36,354 bases of DNA from Clostridiales bacterium UBA4653 (GTDB lineage: Bacteria; Bacillota; Clostridia; Oscillospirales; CAG-272): the NCBI GenBank assembly GCA_002405565.1, contig DHMB01000020.1:8241-44594 (forward strand), read 5' to 3'. The notes under the pieces are model-generated. The model had not been told where the DNA came from and did not search any database. It saw only the letters and a list, made by a program, of their open reading frames with translations. A program made the position numbers and the translations under genes. Below are positions 10,219-17,902 of this stretch, one piece after another. Within the stretch, counting starts at the first letter, position 1. Each line of letters starts with the position of its first letter.

Positions 10219-10718
10219 GACTTATCGGGGCGGCGCTTGTGTTTTTTGCCGCTTTTTCATGCGGACTTTTTGCGGGAAAATGCGAGCAGAAAAGGATCGA
10301 CGAGGCGGAAGCCTTTCTTTCGCTTTTTGAATATATAAAAAATCAGGTCGGCTATTTTCTGACGCCGACAAAGCTGATATACCGCGGATTTGAAAACAAA
10401 GTGCTTTCCGATATAGGCTTTCTTGAAAAGCTGAGGTCTCATGAAAACGACGAGATATATTTTGACGCATGGGGCGAGGCTTTCCGCGCATGCGAGGGCT
10501 CTCTTCACCTTTCGGCGGAGGAGGAAAAGATAATTCTCGGCTTCGGCGAATGTATCGGAAAGAGCGACGGAAATATGCAGATAAAGAGCTTTGATTATTA
10601 TATCGGGCTTTTGTCATCGGAGCTGGAAAAGGCACGGACGCTTGTTGCAAAAAACAAAAAGGTTTACAGAACGATCGGCTTTGCCATCGGCGCGATGGCT
10701 GCCATACTGCTTATTTGA
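10215..10718 (+). CDS. spoIIIAB: Stage III sporulation protein AB
   Basis: 167 aa. N-terminal TM helix, a helical soluble domain and a C-terminal TM helix. ATGA overlap with the spoIIIAA stop. Second position in the operon. Confidence 0.82.
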   Translation: MRLIGAALVFFAAFSCGLFAGKCEQKRIDEAEAFLSLFEYIKNQVGYFLTPTKLIYRGFENKVLSDIGFLEKLRSHENDEIYFDAWGEAFRACEGSLHLSAEEEKIILGFGECIGKSDGNMQIKSFDYYIGLLSSELEKARTLVAKNKKVYRTIGFAIGAMAAILLI

Positions 10719-10728
10719 GGGTGATAAA

Positions 10729-10923
10729 ATGGAAACTGCGCTTATTCTTAAAGTCGCGGGGATAGGAATTCTCGTTGCCGTATCAAGCATGGTGCTGAGC
10801 AAATCGGGGCGGGACGAACAGGCAATGCTTGTATCCCTTGCGGGGGTTGTTATAGTGCTTCTGATAATAGTCGGCGAAATCGGAGGGCTTTTCGACACGG
10901 TGAAAAGCATTTTCGGGCTGTGA
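10729..10923 (+). CDS. spoIIIAC: Stage III sporulation protein AC
   Basis: 64-aa two-TM protein METALILKVAGIGILVAVSSMVLSKSGRDEQAMLVSLAGVVIVLL..., which is the conserved SpoIIIAC pattern. ATG at 10729 follows GAGGGTGA. The track's longer ORF (10591) would overlap spoIIIAB by 128 nt. Confidence 0.9.
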   Translation: METALILKVAGIGILVAVSSMVLSKSGRDEQAMLVSLAGVVIVLLIIVGEIGGLFDTVKSIFGL

Positions 10924-11306
10924 ACATCATAAAGCTGTGCGGAGTTGCGATAATTTCTGTCGTTGCGGCGGTGATCGTAAAAAGAATAAAGCCGGACTTC
11001 GGGACGTTTGTTTCGATTATGGCGGCTGTCGTCATTTTCGGGGCGGCTTTGTCGACTTTGTCGCCCGTGACTTCTTATATCGGCGAGCTTTCCGACGCGG
11101 CAGGCTTCGGAATATACACGGAGACTATTATAAAATCGCTTGCGGTGACGTTGCTTGCGCAGACGACGGGCGATATATGCCGCGACTGCGGCGAGAGTGC
11201 CGTCGCGGGAAAGATTGAATTTGCCGCAAAATGCGCGATAATGCTGTTGAGTCTGCCCGTGATAAAAAACATACTTTCTCTATCGGGGGCGGTGCTTGAA
11301 AAGTGA
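10920..11306 (+). CDS. spoIIIAD: Stage III sporulation protein AD
   Basis: 128-aa polytopic membrane protein. GTGA start/stop overlap with spoIIIAC. Fourth position in the operon. Confidence 0.85.
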   Translation: MNIIKLCGVAIISVVAAVIVKRIKPDFGTFVSIMAAVVIFGAALSTLSPVTSYIGELSDAAGFGIYTETIIKSLAVTLLAQTTGDICRDCGESAVAGKIEFAAKCAIMLLSLPVIKNILSLSGAVLEK

Positions 11307-12397
11307 AGAAAACTGCTTGCGTGGCGATTGTGCTCGTGCTTATCCTGCTTTTTTCCGTCACTGCGATGGGGGCGGAGGCGGACGATGTGCTCTCCGCCGT
11401 GCCCGACGGTCTGAAGGACTATCTTCCGGATGTCGGGGAGGATGTGACGCCGTCCGGAATTGCCTCGTCATTTGACGCCGGATGGCTTCTGAAAACCGTA
11501 ATTTCAATCATCTCCGATGTGGCGCCGGGAGCGTTTTCATCCGTTCTGACCGTGCTCGGAATACTGATCGTTGCGGCGGTGCTTGCCGTCGTGCGCGACA
11601 GCATTTCGGGAGAGGCGGTCAAAAATATGCTGACGTACGTCTGCGCGCTCTGCATATGCGGCGCGACATACGGGCTTCTCGGCTCGCTTATGGATATGGT
11701 TTCGGAATTTACGGTGCGCATGGGAGAATTCATGCGCTATGTTTTGCCGACGCTCGGCGTGCTCATGGCGAGCGAAGGGTCGATAACGATGTCGGGCGTC
11801 GGCTGCGCCGTGGTCTACGGCGCTGTCGCGCTTCTTGAAAAGATAACGGAGGGCTTTGTCTTTCCGATGATAAAGATATGCTTCTGCATATCTGTCGGCG
11901 CTGTGGCGCTGGGAAATGACAGCCTTTCCGGCATAGCGCAGACGGTTAAAAAGCTGGTGACGAGCGTCATGGCGCTTGTGATGATAGCGTTTTCCTGCGT
12001 GCTGACGTTTCAGAGCATAGTTGCCAAAAGCGCGGACTCCGTGCTTTTCAAGGGCGTGAAATTTGCGCTTTCAAATATAATTCCGGTTGTCGGAAGTGCC
12101 GTCGGAGACGCGGTGACAACGGTGAAGGGCAGTATTTCCGTTATAAAATCATCCGTCGGGACGATTGGTGCAATAGCGGTGCTTCTGATATTTCTTTTCC
12201 CATTCTGCACGCTCTGGGCAAACAAGGTTGCATTTGAATTGCTTTCATCCGTTGCGGGACTTCTGGGACTTCCGCGCGAGGGAAAGTTTCTCTCCGAGGT
12301 GTCGTCCGTTACGGGGCTGATGATGGCGGTGATAAGCTCGTCAACGGTGTTTTTTATAGTTGCAATGGCGATATTCGCGTCATCGGGGGCGGGTTGA
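11303..12397 (+). CDS. spoIIIAE: Stage III sporulation protein AE
   Basis: 364 aa. Signal peptide (MKKTACVAIVLVLILLFSVTAMGA) followed by multiple TM helices. GTGA overlap with the spoIIIAD stop. Confidence 0.85.
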   Translation: MKKTACVAIVLVLILLFSVTAMGAEADDVLSAVPDGLKDYLPDVGEDVTPSGIASSFDAGWLLKTVISIISDVAPGAFSSVLTVLGILIVAAVLAVVRDSISGEAVKNMLTYVCALCICGATYGLLGSLMDMVSEFTVRMGEFMRYVLPTLGVLMASEGSITMSGVGCAVVYGAVALLEKITEGFVFPMIKICFCISVGAVALGNDSLSGIAQTVKKLVTSVMALVMIAFSCVLTFQSIVAKSADSVLFKGVKFALSNIIPVVGSAVGDAVTTVKGSISVIKSSVGTIGAIAVLLIFLFPFCTLWANKVAFELLSSVAGLLGLPREGKFLSEVSSVTGLMMAVISSSTVFFIVAMAIFASSGAG

Positions 12398-12398
12398 T

Positions 12399-12890
12399 AT
12401 GGAAAAACTGAGCGGCTTTGTGTTTTCCTTGCTGACGGTCTGTGTGATTGCCGGAATTGCAACCGGACTTTCGCCGGAAGGCACGATGAAAAGATATATA
12501 AAATACATAGTTTCGCTTTGCGTGCTGGCGGCGATAATAACGCCTGTGATAAGCATTTTTTCGTCATTACCGGCGCAGGGGGAGGAGCTTTCCGAGCTTT
12601 TCGGCGACCACGGAGAGGCGACGGGCGACTCGGAAGAGAAGCTCATAGAGGCGCAGAAAAAAGCGGTCGAGCAGGCGATAACGGATGTTGTTTCAAATAA
12701 ATTCGGCATTGACAAAGGCAAGCTGGCGGTTGAGATAAAAATAGACGCGACGAACAAATCCGCAATCGAGATACGGGAAATAAACATCGTCTGCTGCGTC
12801 GTCTGCCGGACGGAGGAAATACGGAATTATATAGAGGAAATGTTTTACGGTACGGCAAGGGTTACTGTTACGGAGGCTTTGGATGGGTGA
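12399..12890 (+). CDS. spoIIIAF: Stage III sporulation protein AF
   Basis: 163 aa from ATG 12399, which lies 1 nt after the spoIIIAE stop. Two N-terminal TM helices and a soluble C-terminal domain. The track's start at 12360 lies inside spoIIIAE. Confidence 0.75.
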   Translation: MEKLSGFVFSLLTVCVIAGIATGLSPEGTMKRYIKYIVSLCVLAAIITPVISIFSSLPAQGEELSELFGDHGEATGDSEEKLIEAQKKAVEQAITDVVSNKFGIDKGKLAVEIKIDATNKSAIEIREINIVCCVVCRTEEIRNYIEEMFYGTARVTVTEALDG

Positions 12891-13395
12891 GCTGAAAATG
12901 AAGAAAATGTTTTCCGGTGCGGACGGAAAAAAGGTCATTATTCTTGTTGCCATCGGCATTTTGGGGGTTCTGCTTATGCTTTTGGGGTCATTTTCCGGAG
13001 GGAAAAAGAGCAAAACGCAGAATTTGTCGACGGGCTTTGATGAAACCGAGGCATATATTTCCGAGACGGAGAATAAGATTAGAAACATAACGGAGCAGAT
13101 AACGGGTTCGGGAAAGACCTGTGTTGTGGTAACGGTGAAATCGGGGGTCGAGTCCGTTTACGCATATGACGAAAAGACAGCGTCCGGCTCGGAGAGCAAA
13201 AGTCATATAACCGTCAAAAACAGTAGCGGCGACGGAGAACCGGTGCTTGTCAAGCGGATATATCCGGAGATTGCGGGCGTATCGATCGTATGCGAAGGTG
13301 GCGACAGCGCGGAAATCCGCGCAAAGCTGATAAACGCCGTTTCCACAGCGCTCGGACTTTCAAGCAACCGTATCTGCATAGTGGGAACAAAATAA
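12883..13395 (+). CDS. spoIIIAG: Stage III sporulation protein AG
   Basis: 170 aa. N-terminal TM helix. The C-terminal block IAGVSIVCEGGDSAEIRAKLINAVSTALGLSSNRICIV matches the conserved SpoIIIAG ring-domain terminus. GGAGG lies 7 nt upstream of the ATG. Confidence 0.82.
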   Translation: MGELKMKKMFSGADGKKVIILVAIGILGVLLMLLGSFSGGKKSKTQNLSTGFDETEAYISETENKIRNITEQITGSGKTCVVVTVKSGVESVYAYDEKTASGSESKSHITVKNSSGDGEPVLVKRIYPEIAGVSIVCEGGDSAEIRAKLINAVSTALGLSSNRICIVGTK

Positions 13396-13417
13396 TTATT
13401 TTACAGGAGAAAGTATT

Positions 13418-14080
13418 ATGAGAAACGCAGAGAGAATGGCACTTAAAATGGGTCAGGCAGAGCAGATTGCGGGCGACGGAACGCTCGATCTTCCGGAGAG
13501 CGAGGAAAAATCGTTCAAATTCAAAAGTATTTTCACCGCGGACGGAGCAAAGAAGGGACTTAAAAAGATAGGTCTCAGAAACATTGTCATTGCGCTTGCA
13601 ATCGTCCTTATCGGCGCGGCGGTTTACGTCAACTGGCAGCTCTTCGGCGGATCAAAAGTTGAAGAGCCGGCAAAAGATCCGAACGCCGAGCAGACCGGTA
13701 ACGTAACGCCCGGATCAGACCAGAGCGGCAAGACAGACGATTATTTCGCTTCCGCGGAAATCTCCAGAAAGCAGGCAAGAGACGAGGCTATCGAGGTGCT
13801 TCAGGGTGTTGTTGACGACAAGGGCTCTCTTGACGCGGCAAAAGAGCAGGCGCTCAAAGACATCAGCGCAATGGCGGCAAACATAGAGCTTGAGGCAAAC
13901 ATTGAGTCGCTTATAAAGGCGAAGGGCTTTGAAGAATGTGTAACCGTTATAAACGGTGACAAGGCGACGGTCGTTGTAAAGAGCGAAGGACTTAAGCCCA
14001 ATCAGCTTTCGCAGATACTCGAAATCGTTTATCTTCAGGCAGGAGTTCTTCCCGCAAACGTTACGATAACCGAGAAATAA
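13418..14080 (+). CDS. spoIIIAH: Stage III sporulation protein AH
   Basis: 220 aa. TM helix (IVIALAIVLIGAAVYV), a disordered linker, and a C-terminal YscJ/FliF-like region (ATVVVKSEGL...ILEIVYLQAGVLPANVTI). Last gene of the operon. Confidence 0.78.
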   Translation: MRNAERMALKMGQAEQIAGDGTLDLPESEEKSFKFKSIFTADGAKKGLKKIGLRNIVIALAIVLIGAAVYVNWQLFGGSKVEEPAKDPNAEQTGNVTPGSDQSGKTDDYFASAEISRKQARDEAIEVLQGVVDDKGSLDAAKEQALKDISAMAANIELEANIESLIKAKGFEECVTVINGDKATVVVKSEGLKPNQLSQILEIVYLQAGVLPANVTITEK

Positions 14081-14096
14081 TTTACTTGTACCAAAA

Positions 14097-14128
14097 ACAA
14101 AAAAGGCACGCTGCGGCGTGCTTTTTTG
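14097..14128 (+). terminator. Rho-independent (bidirectional-looking) terminator of the spoIIIA operon
   Basis: A-run, stem gcacgc (14106-14111), loop tgcg, stem gcgtgc (14116-14121), then TTTTTT (14122-14127). The stem starts 26 nt after the spoIIIAH stop. Confidence 0.8.
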
Positions 14129-14377
14129 TTAAAAAGAATAAGTAAACCAAATATTTTCAATCAGAACGTCTAATTTCCTTGTAATCAAAATGCAAATAAG
14201 AAATATAAGGGAAAAGCGCGGTTATATTTGAAGCCGGACTGGTGCGATAAGTGGCAAAATATGCGTCAAAAAACGATTTTTAATGCCAATATAATGCAAA
14301 AACACTTATCGAACAACATATTTTAATGAAAATGAATATAAATATAAATATGGAGTTAATAAAAATGTTACAATCCA

Positions 14378-14406
14378 TTGACAAATAAAGGATTTAAGAG
14401 TATAAT
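14378..14406 (+). promoter_or_regulatory. Consensus sigma-A promoter heading the TIR/vWA/tubulin-like cluster
   Basis: Perfect TTGACA (14378-14383), exactly 17-nt spacer, perfect TATAAT (14401-14406). Lies in a visibly AT-rich spacer, ~200 nt upstream of ATG 14604. Confidence 0.6.
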
Positions 14407-14482
14407 GAAAAAAATGACGAATTATGTCTGTGCGATATCTTTTCCGCGGTTTCTTTACTAAAATGCGCAAGACTTCCAGGTT

Positions 14483-14540
14483 AAAAACGGTTGCTCCGTG
14501 CGCATTCCCCCCGGAACTGTGCACAGAGTAACCGTTTTTT
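14483..14540 (+). promoter_or_regulatory. Terminator-like leader hairpin (possible attenuator or small-RNA terminator)
   Basis: 5' arm aaaaacggttgctccgtgcgca (14483-14504) pairs with 3' arm tgtgcacagagtaaccgttttt (14518-14539): 22 positions, with 2 G-U pairs and 1 C-A mismatch. 13-nt loop, then a T6 run (14535-14540). Possible competing 8-bp pairing of aatgcgca (14462-14469) with tgcgcatt (14499-14506). Confidence 0.5.
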
Positions 14541-14603
14541 GCATATTGAGGGATTCGGAAATGGGTTTGGCTGAATTCCAAAATTAAATCGGAGGGTAGG
14601 AAA

Positions 14604-16250
14604 ATGACAGAAAAGACAAAGACTAACGAACCAAAACAAAACGAAACATGGGATAACGTCCAGACAAAGTTTGAGGCGTACACCGGTAACGAGCCGTATC
14701 TCTTCGTGAGCTATTCTCACAGGGATACCGCCGCTGTGTATCCCATACTTGACGCGCTCCATGACTGTAAATACCGCATATGGTATGACGAATCGTGTGA
14801 AAACGGAAACGATTTCCGCGATGAGCTGCGTCACCGCATAGAAAATGCGGAGGCAGTGTTGCTTTTCGTATCGAAAAGCTCAATGACATCTCCCTTCTGC
14901 GGCATGGAAATCATCGTCGCAAGAGAGAACAACAAGCGCCTTTATCCGATATATCTTGATGATGCGGATGTTCCGCCGGCTTTCGCAATACTTCTTTCAA
15001 ACACACAGCACAGCATGGCAGGCAATATGGACAAGCTCATCAAAGCGCTTTTGCGTGATCTGCCTGCGGTTGCAATGGATCGTCTCACAATCGGAGACGG
15101 AGAGCTCAAAAAGTGCGAAGATAACGGCAATAGCATAACCGTTGACGAAGGGGTACGCGTAATATGCGCCGACGCCTTCAAGGATCGCAAAGCTCTGCAC
15201 ACGATCATCCTGCCGCAGACGCTTGAAACAATCGGGGAAGAGAGCTTCCGCGGGTGCAGCAATCTTGAAGCGATGGACGTGCCCGAAAAGACGTCCAGAA
15301 TAGGTTCGAGCGCCTTCCGCGACTGTATAAGCATGAAGAGCCTGAAAGTTCGCAATGGGTACATAAAGATAGGCGAAAGAGCATTTGAAAACTGCGCCTC
15401 ACTTGAAAGCGTTTCGCTTCCCGACGGACTTACGGAAATTTACGGTGGCGTGTTCAACAGCTGTAAAAGTCTTGTACACATAGACCTGCCGAAAAATCTT
15501 ACGATACTCGGCGAGAGCGCATTTTCGGATTGCGTCTGCCTTGAAAAGATGGAAGTGCCGGAGGCGGTTGTCAAGATAGACGACCTTGCCTTCAACGGGT
15601 GCACTAATCTGACGAAGATAGTCCTTCACGAGGGACTCCGCAAGATCGGGAAGGGCGCTTTCAAGAACTGCCGTAATCTTAAGCAGATAGAGCTTCCGAT
15701 CTCGCTTTCCAGCATAGGCGACGCACCGTTCCGCGGATGTGAGTCGATAAAGTCGATTCACGTCGACCCGAAAAACCGTTATTACAAATCCGAGCCGAAC
15801 AAGCGTGAGGGCAGCGACCACGTTCTTTTCAACAAGAACAAATCGGTGATAGTTGCATATCCGGCGAGCAGCCGCGAGGTTCAGTATGACATACCGGACA
15901 GCGTTACGGTCATCAGCGACTGGGCGTTCAGCGAATGTAAAAAGCTCAACCGTATCACGATACCGGACAGCGTATCCGAGATAGGTGAAGGCGCGTTCTG
16001 CAACTGCGTGCTTCTCGATGAGGTTGAAATCCCGGACAGCGTTGAAAAAATCGACGACTGCGCCTTCCGCGGGTGCGCAAGCCTTGAAAAGGTAGTCATT
16101 CCGTCATCCGTAAAGGATCTCGGCTGGGGACTTTTCGACGGTTGCGAGGGCACCGTTACGGTATACTGCGACGAAGGCTCCGCGATACACGATTATTGCC
16201 GCAGATGCGGAATAAAGAGCGCGCCGATATCCGAAAAGGAATCGAACTGA
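14604..16250 (+). CDS. Cytoplasmic TIR-domain protein fused to BspA-type leucine-rich repeats
   Basis: 548 aa with no signal peptide. TIR_2-like N-terminus: YLFVSYSHRDTAAVYPILDAL..YRIWYDE...AEAVLLFVSKSSMTSPFCGMEIIVA, with putative catalytic Glu102 at 14907-14909. From ~15140 there are roughly ten ~23-aa repeats of the form IGxxAFxxCxxLxxIxIPxxV. Strong SD GGAGGG 7 nt upstream. Confidence 0.85.
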   Translation: MTEKTKTNEPKQNETWDNVQTKFEAYTGNEPYLFVSYSHRDTAAVYPILDALHDCKYRIWYDESCENGNDFRDELRHRIENAEAVLLFVSKSSMTSPFCGMEIIVARENNKRLYPIYLDDADVPPAFAILLSNTQHSMAGNMDKLIKALLRDLPAVAMDRLTIGDGELKKCEDNGNSITVDEGVRVICADAFKDRKALHTIILPQTLETIGEESFRGCSNLEAMDVPEKTSRIGSSAFRDCISMKSLKVRNGYIKIGERAFENCASLESVSLPDGLTEIYGGVFNSCKSLVHIDLPKNLTILGESAFSDCVCLEKMEVPEAVVKIDDLAFNGCTNLTKIVLHEGLRKIGKGAFKNCRNLKQIELPISLSSIGDAPFRGCESIKSIHVDPKNRYYKSEPNKREGSDHVLFNKNKSVIVAYPASSREVQYDIPDSVTVISDWAFSECKKLNRITIPDSVSEIGEGAFCNCVLLDEVEIPDSVEKIDDCAFRGCASLEKVVIPSSVKDLGWGLFDGCEGTVTVYCDEGSAIHDYCRRCGIKSAPISEKESN

Positions 16251-16342
16251 CGCGCGGCAAGACCGCTTTCAAAGGAATAAACCGGACAATGTCCGGAATT
16301 CATAAACAGACTTAACAATTTAATTTATGAGGTGATTTTTGT

Positions 16343-17866
16343 ATGACATCATGGTTTGGTAATCAATGGGGAAAATTTCTCTCCTCAATGCCCGAAAATA
16401 TCGGCGTGTTCGCTGTTATTTTCTTTCTGCTGTTTATTGCGGTAAGCGCGCTGTTTTCGCTGACAAAGCGGTTCATGCAGAACATTGCCGCTCTCGCGGC
16501 GGCGATAGTTTCGGCGTTCGTATCGTTTTTGCTCGTCGACTCGATTTACGGAATTCTTCTCAAACGCGAAGGAATTCAGGCGGCGATAAACGAACTGCTT
16601 GAGAAATTTCCGGAGCTGGGCGCGTCCTCTGAGGGAGTCGTTGCGGTTTCAAAATTCGTTGTCAGTCTTGTTGCCGTTCCCGCGCTGTTCCTCATAGTTT
16701 ACGGAATTTTCTCGCTTGTAACGTCGATAATATTCCGCAAGTATCAGAAGGAAGGCGTAAGCGGCGGGAAAAAGGCGGAAAGCAACATTTCGTCGACTGT
16801 GAAGATAATCATCGGCGTGCTTTCCGGCGTTGCGGCGTTTGTGGCATATTTCTTCCCGTCACATTCGTTTGTCGACCTTATGACGCTGCCGCCCATCCTT
16901 ATAACGGCGTTTGCGGTTGTCAAGGGAATAATGTTCTTCTTCGGAAAACACCGTCCCAAGGCAGACTGGGCGAGAAAGACCGCGGGAATCGTTTCCGGCG
17001 CGGTCACGGGGCTTATCCTCTTTGTAATGCTGATGTTCCCGTTCCTCTCTCTCGCAAACATCATAGGCGAAGGCGTCTCGGCAATACCGGAAGAGGCGCT
17101 CGCGTGCTATGAAAACGCAGAGGTTGACGAAGACCCGGATGACGTCGGCGTAATGACGACAATATTCAGCTACACGGCGAAGGCAAAGGTCTATTCGGAC
17201 AGTTACAGCAAAACCTTTGTTTCAAAGATATATCCCAAATGCGGGGTGGCGGGACTGCACAATAAGGTCGCTCCCGAAAAACAGGCGGAATCGATACTCA
17301 AAGCAACCGTTGCGCTCGGTTCGTATTATTATTGCGAAGAGCAGGGCGCCGAGTTTGCCAATGCCGATGAACGTCTCGGCGAATATATCGACGACGTTGT
17401 AGGCGATAAAAACTTAAACGATGTGTTGCAGGCGCTTTTCTGCGACACAATTTCAACCACATTTGCAGAGGAGAGCGAAAGAGACGCTTTCCGCGAAGAG
17501 ATATCCGCGACGGCAAAACTCTCTGGGCTTGAAAATCTTGATGAGCAGGCGCGTGCGGAAGAGAGCGTCAGACTTTCAAGAGTATATCAGGTTCTCTGCA
17601 AAATGCTTGTTTCAAAGATGAACAAAAGAGCGGACGGCTTTACCCCCGATGACCTCATACTCATCGGAAATATGCTCGACGCAATGAACGACACCTATTC
17701 CTTCGGCGATACGCCGGCGCCTATTCTCGAAAAGCTCCATGAGGACAAGAGTATAGGCAGGTTCATAGATCCGCAGGAAGCAATCGGAAATGTCAGCGCA
17801 GGAGAATACAGTTACACACTTTATATGGAAATTATAAATGAGAGAATTGCCGACGCCGCAAGGTAA
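16343..17866 (+). CDS. Polytopic membrane protein (about 6-7 TM helices) with an acidic helical C-terminal domain; unknown function
   Basis: 507 aa. Hydrophobic helices run through roughly aa 20-245, then a soluble Asp/Glu-rich region. GAGGTGA SD. No motif I recognise. Confidence 0.75.
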   Translation: MTSWFGNQWGKFLSSMPENIGVFAVIFFLLFIAVSALFSLTKRFMQNIAALAAAIVSAFVSFLLVDSIYGILLKREGIQAAINELLEKFPELGASSEGVVAVSKFVVSLVAVPALFLIVYGIFSLVTSIIFRKYQKEGVSGGKKAESNISSTVKIIIGVLSGVAAFVAYFFPSHSFVDLMTLPPILITAFAVVKGIMFFFGKHRPKADWARKTAGIVSGAVTGLILFVMLMFPFLSLANIIGEGVSAIPEEALACYENAEVDEDPDDVGVMTTIFSYTAKAKVYSDSYSKTFVSKIYPKCGVAGLHNKVAPEKQAESILKATVALGSYYYCEEQGAEFANADERLGEYIDDVVGDKNLNDVLQALFCDTISTTFAEESERDAFREEISATAKLSGLENLDEQARAEESVRLSRVYQVLCKMLVSKMNKRADGFTPDDLILIGNMLDAMNDTYSFGDTPAPILEKLHEDKSIGRFIDPQEAIGNVSAGEYSYTLYMEIINERIADAAR

Positions 17867-17902
17867 GGTGTTCTCAGATAACTTGGAAAGGAAGGAAACA
17901 TT

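Noticed and set aside
10591-10728. The longer track start for the spoIIIAC ORF (110 aa from 10591), and likewise 12360 for spoIIIAF.
   Set aside because: The extensions overlap the preceding genes by 128 and 38 nt and encode non-conserved Arg-rich sequence. The internal ATGs (10729, 12399) give canonical SpoIIIAC/AF N-termini and tight operon spacing.
14306-14834. Minus-strand ORFs (14306-14683, 14481-14834) across the AT-rich spacer and the TIR gene start.
   Set aside because: They overlap the consensus promoter, the leader and the TIR CDS. There is no SD, and the translation is hydrophobic junk typical of AT-rich DNA.
16282-16296. A small palindrome ccggacaatgtccgg between the TIR-LRR gene and the next gene, considered as a possible terminator.
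   Set aside because: The stem is only 6-7 bp with an almost nil loop and no following T-run, so it is unlikely to terminate. I therefore kept the TIR gene in the operon hypothesis, though with some uncertainty.
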